Shown here in pieces: positions 29,314-37,876 of a DNA stretch of 64,000 bases (positions are counted from its first letter, which is position 1; each line of letters begins with the position of its first letter). The stretch covers positions 1,120,001 to 1,184,000 of the forward strand of contig CAVVPN010000003.1 of assembly GCA_963750165.1 (NCBI GenBank). Direction: 5' to 3'. This DNA comes from an uncultured Gemmataceae bacterium (GTDB taxonomy: Bacteria; Planctomycetota; Planctomycetia; Gemmatales; Gemmataceae). A program made the translations under genes and the position numbers. Below the pieces are notes generated by a model. That model saw only the letters and a program-made list of their open reading frames with translations, was not told the DNA's origin and ran no database searches.

Positions 29314-29736
29314 TCAGGGGCGTGGGATGGGCGGCAACTTTCCCAGCCCGGCCGGGGGCGGCGGTGGTTCTGCTGTTGGCGCCGGTCTTCCGAGGGTGTT
29401 CACCCGCACTCGCATCACATTCGCGGCTTTGCTCACGTACTCGGGCTCAAGCTGACCGATCAGGTCCAGCGTCTGGACCACAAACCAGTACGTGCCGTCT
29501 TCCGGGGCCTTGAAAATGAACTTGGTTGCGCTTGGAGGTGATTCTTCCTGGAGCGCCCAGTTCTTGCCGTAATCCCGAGAGACGAACAGTCGCACCTTCT
29601 TGATCTGATCGCGGACTCGTGCGTCAATCTGAACCGGCATGGTGAACGTGCGCTTGTGGATGACGTAAGTGGGGTTCTCCTGCTGGCCCAGCGCCAGCAG
29701 CGCGAGACACAACACGCAGCTTTTTCCGACAAGCAT
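29314..29736 (-). CDS. Hypothetical exported protein (single Ig-like domain)
   Basis: Signal peptide; VRLFVSRDYGKNW...FIFKAPEDGTYWF motif typical of planctomycete proteins. Confidence 0.7.
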   Translation of the reverse strand: MLVGKSCVLCLALLALGQQENPTYVIHKRTFTMPVQIDARVRDQIKKVRLFVSRDYGKNWALQEESPPSATKFIFKAPEDGTYWFVVQTLDLIGQLEPEYVSKAANVMRVRVNTLGRPAPTAEPPPPPAGLGKLPPIPRP

Positions 29737-29876
29737 TGTCAACCCTCCCTGGAAGGCGAGCGCGGCCGACAGGTGATGCGGGCAGCGCGTCGCCGGATCG
29801 AATTTGGATAGAGTTGAGTGTATTCTAAACGCTAACGTCCGGTCAATGGTTCTCAAACCAGCGGAGGACAGCGGCG

Positions 29877-30485
29877 ATGCGGATCGGCATTTTCGGCGGC
29901 ACCTTCGACCCCGTCCACCTCGGCCACCTCATTCTCGCCGAGCAGTGCCGCGAACAGGGCCGCCTCGATCAGGTCTGGTTCGTGCCGTCCGCCCGGCCGC
30001 CGCACAAGGACGCGCCCGCCGTCACGCCGTTCGGCCAGCGCGTCGAGATGCTGCAACTCGCCGTCGCCGGTCAGCCCGCCTTCCGCATCGACGAACTGGA
30101 AAAGGACCGCCCCGGCCCCAGCTTCACCGCCGACACCCTGGAAGCGATCCACCAACGCCAGCCGCAGAACGAGCTGTTCCTGCTGCTCGGCGGCGATTCG
30201 CTGCACGACCTGCCGCAATGGTACGACCCGCAGCGCATCGTCCGCCACGCCGGCCTGCTGGTCATGGCCCGCGACGGCTGGGCGCTGCCATCGGCGGAGG
30301 AACTGCGGGTGGCGCTGCAGCTGCCGGCCGAGGTGCCGCTGCGGCTGGAGGTGGTGCAGGTGCCGGCCGTCGGCATCGCCAGCCGCGACCTGCGCCGCCG
30401 CGCCGCCGAGGGACGGAGTTTGCGCTACTTCGTGCCGCGGGCGGTCGAGGCGTATATTCACGACAAGCGGTTGTATCAGCGGTGA
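29877..30485 (+). CDS. nadD: Nicotinate-nucleotide adenylyltransferase
   Basis: GIFGGTFDPVHLGH, PPHK, LLGGDS, YI....LY. Confidence 0.96.
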   Translation: MRIGIFGGTFDPVHLGHLILAEQCREQGRLDQVWFVPSARPPHKDAPAVTPFGQRVEMLQLAVAGQPAFRIDELEKDRPGPSFTADTLEAIHQRQPQNELFLLLGGDSLHDLPQWYDPQRIVRHAGLLVMARDGWALPSAEELRVALQLPAEVPLRLEVVQVPAVGIASRDLRRRAAEGRSLRYFVPRAVEAYIHDKRLYQR

Positions 30486-30572
30486 TCCGGGCAGACGCTT
30501 CTCGTTCCCGTGCCTGGACAGCGACGCTGGCACCGATTATCGTGGAGGTGGTTATTGAAAAGGGAGGCGAGC

Positions 30573-31070
30573 ATGAGTGTACCCGCGAGCGAGCACTGGG
30601 ACGGGATTGTTCGTCTGTTTGCCCTGCTGCGCTCACTGCCGAAGGAACAGCGGGGGACCCTCCAGGGGGATGTGCCCCGGGGAACGCCGCAGCACGAGCA
30701 ATGGCTCGTCGCGCAGAGCTTGGTGCGGTTTCTGGAAGGCGAGAACGACGAAACCGACCAAGAGCTTGCCAGTTACATGGTCGGGGCAGTGCCGTTCCGC
30801 CGATTCTTTGCGGACCGCGGCCCGCGCGAGGCGGAGGCTAAGGATGTCCGGGACCTGGAGACGCTACAAGCCTTCCGGGTCGCGCTGAAGAAGGCACACC
30901 GGGCGCTGATTACGGACGAGGTAAGGGAGTGGGCGAACCAAATCACCGATGAGGAGATTCGCGCTGGTCTGGAAGACATCAAGCAAAATGGCGGCTTTGG
31001 CATTGACGACATCATCGTCGAACTTGAGAAGGAACTTGAGGATCATGACCGAGCCGCGCGATCCGCCTGA
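30573..31070 (+). CDS. Hypothetical protein, putative antitoxin
   Basis: GGAGG RBS; acidic C-terminus ITDEEIRAGLEDIKQNGGFGIDDIIVELE; overlaps the next gene. Confidence 0.55.
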   Translation: MSVPASEHWDGIVRLFALLRSLPKEQRGTLQGDVPRGTPQHEQWLVAQSLVRFLEGENDETDQELASYMVGAVPFRRFFADRGPREAEAKDVRDLETLQAFRVALKKAHRALITDEVREWANQITDEEIRAGLEDIKQNGGFGIDDIIVELEKELEDHDRAARSA

Positions 31071-31365
31071 GCGCTACCAGGTCTCTTACTCCGGACGGGT
31101 CCGCTCGGAACTCCGTGCGCTCCTCCTTCGGGCGATCGCCGCCGGCCACGGCAAGGACGCTCTGGCCGCCGCCAGGAAATTCAACGAAGCCCTCGAATGG
31201 TATCCGCAGGTCGGCGAGCCACTTCGCGACCTGAGTATGCCGGGTCAAACGCTCTACGTCGACGTCGTCGCGCCGCTGACCGTTCGATACATTATCGATG
31301 AGCCGCGGCGGATGGTGTTCGTTGTCTCCCCTTTCAAAGTGCTGCCCCGAGCAGGCTTTGCGTAA
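31045..31365 (+). CDS. Small RelE/ParE-like protein, putative toxin
   Basis: 106 aa; YQVSYSGRVRSEL...L...P..GEPL...PLTVRYIIDE..RMVFV pattern. Confidence 0.55.
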   Translation: MTEPRDPPERYQVSYSGRVRSELRALLLRAIAAGHGKDALAAARKFNEALEWYPQVGEPLRDLSMPGQTLYVDVVAPLTVRYIIDEPRRMVFVVSPFKVLPRAGFA

Positions 31366-31410
31366 CGCGCCGCTCACCCCGACTACCCTTGACTCTCCCC
31401 GAGGTGCCCC

Positions 31411-32871
31411 ATGCGATCCGTGGCCCTGCTCGCGCTGCTGGGCGTCGGCCTGACCGCCACCGCCGCCGAAGCTCAGTCGCCCGCCAAGCAACCCGCCAAG
31501 AAACGCCCCAACATCCTCATCGTCATCGCCGACGACTGGTCGTGGCCGCACGCCGGCGTTTACGGCGACAAGGTCGTCAAGACGCCGCACTTCGACAAGC
31601 TCGCCCGCCGCGGTCTGCTCTTCCACCGTGCCTACTGCGTCGCCTCCACCTGCACCCCCTCGCGCGGCGCCATCCTCACCGGCCAGACGATTCACCGCCT
31701 CCAGCAGGGCGGCAACCTGCACAGCATCCTGCCGAAAGAGTACCAGGTATTTCCCGACCTGCTGGAGCGCGCCGGCTACGTCATCGGCCTGGTCGGCAAA
31801 GGTTGGGGGCCGGGAGTGCTGACCGACAGCGGCCGCACGCGCAACCCCGCCGGGCCGCCGGCCAAGAACTTCGCAGCGTTCCTCAAGAGTGTGCCGCCGG
31901 ATCGGCCGTTCTATTTCTGGTACGGCAGCAAGGATCCGCACCGGCCCTACGAGGCGGGCGCCGGCGTCAAGGCGGGCATGAAGCTGGCGGACGTGAAGGT
32001 GCCGCCATTCTGGCCGGACACTGAAAAAGTCCGCAGCGACATCCTCGACTATTACACGCGCGTGCAGCGCTTTGACGATCAGCTCGGCGAAGTGCTCGCC
32101 GAACTGGAGAAGTCGGGTCGGGCGGAGGACACCATCGTCATCGTCATCAGCGACAACGGCATGCCGTTCCCGCGCTGCAAGGCCAACTGCTACGAGTTCA
32201 GCACGCACATGCCGATGGCGGTGCGCTGGCCGGCGCAGATCAAGGCGGGCCGGCAGTGCGACGATTTTGTCAGCTTCATCGATTTGGCCCCGACCATCTT
32301 GCAGGCGGCCGGCGTGGAAGTGCCGAAGGCGATGCACGGTCACAGCCTGCTGCCGCTGCTGAAGGACGCCCCAAACTGGAAGGGCCGCGACAAGGTGTTC
32401 GTGGAGCGCGAGCGCCACGCCAACGTGCGCCAGGGCGATCTCAGTTACCCGGTGCGCGCAATCCGCACGAATGACTTCCTGTACGTCCGCAATCTGCGGC
32501 CGGAGCGCTGGCCGGCGGGCGATCCGGAGCTGTACTTCGCGGTGGGGCCGTTCGGCGACGTGGATGACGGGCCGTGCAAGCGCGAGGTCATGCGCCTGGA
32601 GAACAGCACGCCGCCGGAGAAAAAACTGTTCGCGTTGTCATTCGGCAAACGGCCGGCGGAGGAACTGTACGATCTCAGGAAGGATCCGTATGAGTTGGTG
32701 AACGTGGCAGGCCGGGCGGAGTACGCGAAGGCGCAGGCGACACTGCGGGCGGAACTCGACCGCTGGATGCGGGAGACGAACGACCCACGCGCCGGCCCCG
32801 GCGGCGGTGACGACCGCTGGGACAGGTTCAAGTATTACGGGGCGCCGGCCAAGAAGGTCAAGGGCGGCTAG
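31411..32871 (+). CDS. Sulfatase
   Basis: RPNILIVIADD, CTPSR formylglycine motif, GKGWGPG, SDNGMPF, EELYDL..DP.E..N. Confidence 0.95.
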   Translation: MRSVALLALLGVGLTATAAEAQSPAKQPAKKRPNILIVIADDWSWPHAGVYGDKVVKTPHFDKLARRGLLFHRAYCVASTCTPSRGAILTGQTIHRLQQGGNLHSILPKEYQVFPDLLERAGYVIGLVGKGWGPGVLTDSGRTRNPAGPPAKNFAAFLKSVPPDRPFYFWYGSKDPHRPYEAGAGVKAGMKLADVKVPPFWPDTEKVRSDILDYYTRVQRFDDQLGEVLAELEKSGRAEDTIVIVISDNGMPFPRCKANCYEFSTHMPMAVRWPAQIKAGRQCDDFVSFIDLAPTILQAAGVEVPKAMHGHSLLPLLKDAPNWKGRDKVFVERERHANVRQGDLSYPVRAIRTNDFLYVRNLRPERWPAGDPELYFAVGPFGDVDDGPCKREVMRLENSTPPEKKLFALSFGKRPAEELYDLRKDPYELVNVAGRAEYAKAQATLRAELDRWMRETNDPRAGPGGGDDRWDRFKYYGAPAKKVKGG

Positions 32872-32977
32872 GTGTGCGCCGCCGGTCACTTGCCGTTGTG
32901 CGCCGGACGAAATCCGCTATAGGGCTTCCCTCACGCTGCCCCCGCAGGCAGCGCCCCGTATCTCAGGGAGGGAATCC

Positions 32978-34025
32978 ATGCGCACGCGCAGTCTGGTCGT
33001 CGGCCTGGTGTCGGCGGCGTTGCTGGCGGGCCTCGCCGCCCCGGCGACGGCCCAGTGCCGCAAACAATCCACCCGGTGCCGCGAGGCAGGCCTCACCCTG
33101 CCAACCGCCCCGCCGCTGGTGACCAAAACCTATCCGATTGCCGACCTCGTGGTGCCGATCAACATGGACCCGGCTTCTGGCGAGCCCTTCAACGAGATGC
33201 AGACGCTGGAAGGCGACCTCATGCGGCTGATCACGCACACCGTCGCGCCCAAGAGTTGGGCTTCGGTCGGCGGCCGGGGCGCCTTGCAGTATTACCCGCT
33301 GGGCCTGGCGCTCGTCGTCACCCAGACGGAGGAGAACCACGCCGACATCCGCGACCTGTTGACCGCCCTGCGCCGGTTGCAGGACGTGGAGGTCGCCGTG
33401 CAACTGAGGGTCGTGAGCACCAGCGGCTGCGTGCTCGATCGCTCTGGCATGACGCCGTGCAGCACCGGTAAGCCCGTCCTGCTGGACGACGACCAGTTCA
33501 AGGAGTTCATCGGACTGGCCATGTCCAAGATGGAAGGCACCGTGATGCAGGCGCCGAAAATCACTGCGTTCAGCGGCCAGCGCGTCCGCATTCGGGTGGA
33601 GGATGAGGAGCGTTTCCTGGACGGCATGGACGTGGTTCAACAGGACGGCCGAGCCGTCCTGTTGCCGCGCTACAAGACCGTCTGCAACGGCTTTGACTTC
33701 AAAGTGCGGCCGACAGTGGCGGCCGACCGCGGCAGCGTGCCGCCTGGAAATGGACCTCGGCATGACCGACCCGCGGAACGAGGAAAGGCACCCGTTCGGC
33801 GCCCTCTGCGTGCTGGACGCGGACGGCGTCCGCGTCCAGGTTCGGCGCAACATCTCCGTCCCGGATGGCAAAACGGCGGTCCTGTTCGTGCGCCCGGCCG
33901 ACGGCACCCCGGCCGCAGAGGACGAGTGCCTGCTCCTGCTGGTGACGCCGCGCGTCGTCATCAACGAGTCGGAGGAGCAGGAGGTCATCCCCAACGGCAC
34001 GCTGCCGCCGATCCCGCGGCCATGA
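32978..34025 (+). CDS. Short secretin-like exported protein (frameshift near 33740)
   Basis: TYPIADLV, LITHTVAPKSW...GG.G, LVVTQT.E.H..I.DLL.ALRR, QAPKITAFSGQ, ending LLLLVTPRVV in the 33603..34025 frame. Confidence 0.7.
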
Positions 34026-34028
34026 CTT

Positions 34029-34117
34029 GATTGCAGATTGCCAATTGCAGATTGCCAATTGAAAGACAGCTGGCTGCTGTCTTTCAATTGGCAATCTGCA
34101 ATTGGCAATCTGCAATC
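34029..34117. repeat. Heptamer-periodic perfect 42-bp inverted repeat
   Basis: Arms 34029-34070 and 34076-34117 are exact reverse complements with a 5-nt loop. Confidence 0.92.
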
Positions 34118-34202
34118 GGAGTAGCGGACGCGGCCGGGCTGAGCTACAGTGAAAGCGTGCCGGCTTACGTCGGGCCGGCGCCACGCCCGGAGACCCTGAC
34201 CG

Positions 34203-35075
34203 ATGAACACTCTGCGCACCGAACCGCTCCGCCCGGTGTCGGCGACCAGCCGTGACGCCTGCCTGGTGCATATCTACCCCACCGGCCCCGACCTGGGCAA
34301 GCGCTTCACGCTCGGCGAGACCCCGATGGTGCTCGGCCGTGAGCCCGACTGCAACCTGTGCCTGAACGATTCGTCGGTGTCACGGCGGCACGCCCGGCTG
34401 CGGTTCGGCGACGGCGGCTACGTCCTGGAGGACCTGCAGAGCACCAACGGCACCTATGTCAACGACGAGCCGGTGACCGTGCGACTGCTCCGCGACGGCG
34501 ACTACGTGCGCGTCGGTAGCAGCATTTTCCGCTTCCTGATGGGCGGCAACGTCGAGGCGGACTACCACCAGGTCATTTACCGAATGACGATCATCGACGC
34601 CCTGACGGACATCCACAACAAGCGGGCGCTGCTGGAGTTCCTGGACCGCGAGTTGGTGCGCGCGCTCCGGCACCACCGGCCGCTGTCGTTGATCCTGTTC
34701 GACCTCGACCGCTTCAAGGCGATCAACGACACACTGGGCCACCTGGGCGGCGATCAGACGCTGCGCGACCTGGCGGCGCGGCTGCGCGGCACCATCCGCA
34801 AAGACGAGTTGTTCGCGCGCTACGGCGGCGAGGAGTTCGCGGTGGTACTGCCGGAGACGCCTGGCGTGGGGGCGGCGCAGTTCGGCGAACGACTGCGGCA
34901 GTTGACCGCGGCCGAGCCGTTCGTCTTCGAGGGCAAGTCCTACGCGGTGACGATCAGCGTCGGCGTGGCGACCACGCAGAGCGACCCGGACATGACCGCG
35001 GCGCGGTTGCTCCAGCTGGCCGACGAGAAGCTGTACCAGGCGAAGCACGCCGGCCGCAACCGCGTGGTGCGCTGA
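34203..35075 (+). CDS. FHA-GGDEF diguanylate cyclase
   Basis: GR...SVSRRHA...STNGT FHA motifs; DLDRFKAINDTLGH, RYGGEEF. Confidence 0.93.
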   Translation: MNTLRTEPLRPVSATSRDACLVHIYPTGPDLGKRFTLGETPMVLGREPDCNLCLNDSSVSRRHARLRFGDGGYVLEDLQSTNGTYVNDEPVTVRLLRDGDYVRVGSSIFRFLMGGNVEADYHQVIYRMTIIDALTDIHNKRALLEFLDRELVRALRHHRPLSLILFDLDRFKAINDTLGHLGGDQTLRDLAARLRGTIRKDELFARYGGEEFAVVLPETPGVGAAQFGERLRQLTAAEPFVFEGKSYAVTISVGVATTQSDPDMTAARLLQLADEKLYQAKHAGRNRVVR

Positions 35076-35190
35076 GCCCGTTTCTTGGTTCCCTCCCCCA
35101 CCAGGGGGGAGGGGACCGGAAATGGCCCCTGTGTTGGAGGCATTTCCATCCCGTTTCGAGCACTGACATCATTTGGAGAGGGAGTCTTCC

Positions 35191-35970
35191 ATGCGGCCAT
35201 ATACTGTGGCGATCCTGGGCGTGCTGATGCTGACGGGCGCCGGGCGGGCGCAGGGCATCCTGAACGTGAGCGAGGAGGTGCGGAACGAGTTGCAGCACCT
35301 GCAAGGGAACTGGCGCGTGGAGACGGAGGAGAACGACGGCGTCAAGATTGCCGCCGCGGCCCTCAAGGGGCGCACCGTGTTTATCGGCGGCGACGCGCTG
35401 CTGATCCGGAACGGCCTGAAGGTCGAACTGGTGGCCAAGTTGAGTTTGGGCCCGGGGAAAACTCCCAAGACCGTGAACGCCGCGGTGCTGCAAGGCAAGG
35501 ACAAGGGCGTCACCATGCTGGGCATCTACGAACTGCGGAACGACACATTGCGGTTCTGCCTCGTCACCCAGGGCGAGAAGCGGCCGACCGAATACAAGAG
35601 CGTCGCCGGCTCCAACCTGCTGCTGCTGGTGTGCAAGCGCGTGCCGCCCAGCGACAAGGGGCTGCCGCGCATCACCGGCGTGTACAAGTCGGAGTGCCCG
35701 ATGCCCGACGGCACCCTGCAGGTCACCGAGGCGACGATTGAGCGGCACGGCGAGGGCTACCTGGTCACTTACCGCAAGGACGGCCAGTTAGCCTACATCG
35801 GTGTCGGCATGCGCACCGGCGACACGTTCTCGATGTGCTGGGCCGCAAACAAGCAGGTCGGGCTGTCGGTCTACCGGATCGAGCGCGGTCCGCGGTTGGT
35901 CGGCCAGTATACGGTGCTGGGCAGCATCGGCATGCAGTCCTCCGAGGTGCTGACGGTCAAGGACCAGTAA
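35191..35970 (+). CDS. TIGR03067 domain exported protein with extra C-terminal beta domain
   Basis: ELQHLQGNWRV...PKTVN...LGIYELRNDTLRFC...RPTEY. Confidence 0.85.
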   Translation: MRPYTVAILGVLMLTGAGRAQGILNVSEEVRNELQHLQGNWRVETEENDGVKIAAAALKGRTVFIGGDALLIRNGLKVELVAKLSLGPGKTPKTVNAAVLQGKDKGVTMLGIYELRNDTLRFCLVTQGEKRPTEYKSVAGSNLLLLVCKRVPPSDKGLPRITGVYKSECPMPDGTLQVTEATIERHGEGYLVTYRKDGQLAYIGVGMRTGDTFSMCWAANKQVGLSVYRIERGPRLVGQYTVLGSIGMQSSEVLTVKDQ

Positions 35971-35984
35971 AAACAGAAAAAACT

Positions 35985-36084
35985 GATCCACAGATGACAC
36001 AGATGAAACACAGATACAGACAAAGAAAATTAACCCAATCTTTCTTTGTCTGTATCTGTGTTTCATCTGTGTCATCTGTGGATC
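35985..36084. repeat. 9-mer-periodic perfect 44-bp inverted repeat (CACAGAT units)
   Basis: Arms 35985-36028 and 36041-36084 are exact reverse complements. Confidence 0.92.
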
Positions 36085-36097
36085 CGGGGTTTTAGAG

Positions 36098-37018
36098 TCA
36101 GTCGGGTGGGTGGCCGGCGGCAGTGCCAAGGCCGGCCACCGGCCGGCCCTCGGCGATGGCCCAGAAGTAATCGACATACGCCAGGCCGATGGCCAGCACG
36201 GCGCCGAGCAGCAGCCGCAGCGCCAGGCCGCGTGCCCAGCGTTCGCCGCCGCCGCCGGGTTGGTCCGCCCAGCGCCGCAGCCAGTGATCGACCCACAACC
36301 CCAGTGGCCAGGCCGCCAGGCAGACGCGCGGCAGCCAGCCGACCGCCGCCAGCACCGTTCCACCCAAAAAGCCAACGCCCAGGCACAACCGGGCCGCCGT
36401 CAGCGTGCCGCGCGGCCCGTGCGTGACCACCAGCGTGCGATAGCCACGGCGAGCGTCCTCGTCGCCCTGGAACGCCTGGGCCGCGAAGTAACAGCCGAGT
36501 ACGCCGAGGCTGCCGAGCAGCCAGGCAATCACCGAACGCACGTCCGGCCCGACGCCGACCACCGCCCAGCCCGCCAGCGGCGACAGCAGTCCGTAACCGA
36601 TCCAGTTGACCAGCGGCCCCAGCAGCGGCTGGCCCTTCCACGCCGTGCGCGGATGCGAGTAGAGCACGCTCAGCAGCGCACAGACGGCGACGGCCGCGCC
36701 CGCCACCGGCCCCGCGGCCGCGCCCAGCGCCACTGCCGCCAGCAGCGCCGCATAGCCCCAGAACTGGACGCCGGGCGGGGCGGGGACGGCGCGGCCGAGG
36801 AGAACCTCACCGGTGTCGCGGTCGAGGGCGGCGTTGAGCCAGAGGGTGCCGGCCTGCAACAGCGCCCAGGCGGCCAGCACGAACGGCAGCGCCCGTTCGC
36901 CGCGCAGCGGCAGCGCCCGGTCCCAGTGCGCCCAGCCGAAGCCGATCAGCGGCAGAAACAGCACGAACGGTAGCAGCCGCGGCCGGGCCAACCGCCACAG
37001 CGCTGCCGCGGTGCTCAC
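36098..37018 (-). CDS. UbiA-family prenyltransferase
   Basis: [20 protein letters not shown]...[17 protein letters not shown]...G, multiple TM helices. Confidence 0.8.
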   Translation of the reverse strand: MSTAAALWRLARPRLLPFVLFLPLIGFGWAHWDRALPLRGERALPFVLAAWALLQAGTLWLNAALDRDTGEVLLGRAVPAPPGVQFWGYAALLAAVALGAAAGPVAGAAVAVCALLSVLYSHPRTAWKGQPLLGPLVNWIGYGLLSPLAGWAVVGVGPDVRSVIAWLLGSLGVLGCYFAAQAFQGDEDARRGYRTLVVTHGPRGTLTAARLCLGVGFLGGTVLAAVGWLPRVCLAAWPLGLWVDHWLRRWADQPGGGGERWARGLALRLLLGAVLAIGLAYVDYFWAIAEGRPVAGLGTAAGHPPD

Positions 37019-37710
37019 GGCCGCGGGGCGGCCGGGTCGGGCACGCCCACCTCCGCGAAGCCCTTCAAGCGTAACTGACAGGCGTCGCAGCGGCCGCAGC
37101 TGCTACCGTCGGGTGCCGGGTCGTAGCAGGTGCTGGTCAGGCCGTAATCGACGCCCAGCGCCAGACCGCGGCGGATGATGTCGGCCTTCGACAGGTGGAT
37201 GAGCGGCGTGTGAATGGTGAGGCGCTGCCGGCCCTCGACGCCGGCCTTCGTGGCGAGGTTCGCCAGCGCCTGGAACGCGGCGATGTACTCGGGGCGACAG
37301 TCGGGGTACCCGGACCAGTCAATCGCATTGACGCCAATAAAGATGTCATTCGTTTCCAGCACTTCCGCCCACGCCAGCGCGAACGACAGGAAGATGGTGT
37401 TGCGTGCCGGTACATAGGTGATGGGAATGCTGTGGGCCATGTCCTCCGGCGGCCGGTCCTTTGGCACGGCGATGTCGGCGGTGAGCGCCGAGCCGCCGAA
37501 CTGGCGCAGGTCGATGTCCACGACGACATGGCGGGCGACGCCGAACTGCGCTGCGATCCGCCGGGCCGCCGCGATCTCGACCTCGTGGCGCTGGCCATAG
37601 CGGAAGGTCAGCGCATACACCTCGAAGCCCTGGCTGCGGGCGATGGCCAGCGTCGTGGTCGAATCAAGGCCGCCGCTGAGCAGCACGACAGCGCGGGGTG
37701 GTTGCGTCAT
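37015..37710 (-). CDS. queC: 7-cyano-7-deazaguanine synthase
   Basis: LSGGLDS, YGQRH..E, TYVPARN, GYPDCR, CY...CGRCDAC..R. Confidence 0.97.
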   Translation of the reverse strand: MTQPPRAVVLLSGGLDSTTTLAIARSQGFEVYALTFRYGQRHEVEIAAARRIAAQFGVARHVVVDIDLRQFGGSALTADIAVPKDRPPEDMAHSIPITYVPARNTIFLSFALAWAEVLETNDIFIGVNAIDWSGYPDCRPEYIAAFQALANLATKAGVEGRQRLTIHTPLIHLSKADIIRRGLALGVDYGLTSTCYDPAPDGSSCGRCDACQLRLKGFAEVGVPDPAAPRP

Positions 37711-37815
37711 TGGCGGTTCCTCTCACTGGTGAGGCCGATTGTATTCCGCCGCCAGCGGCGTAGCGTTTTTTTCTGCGGCTTGCCGCATAGCGCGCTTCCG
37801 TCGCTGAAACGAACA

Positions 37816-37847
37816 CGGCCTCACCCCTTCGCAAAGGGGTGAGGCCG
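37816..37847 (-). terminator. Hairpin after the 37877 gene
   Basis: CGGCCTCACCCCTT-CGCA-AAGGGGTGAGGCCG followed by a T-rich tail on the minus strand. Confidence 0.65.
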
Positions 37848-37876
37848 CGTGTGGGTTCGCGATCTGGGCCGACCGC

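Noticed and set aside
37711..37815. preQ1 riboswitch upstream of queC
   Set aside because: Only an A-tract and a repeat-family palindrome are visible; no recognisable preQ1 aptamer core
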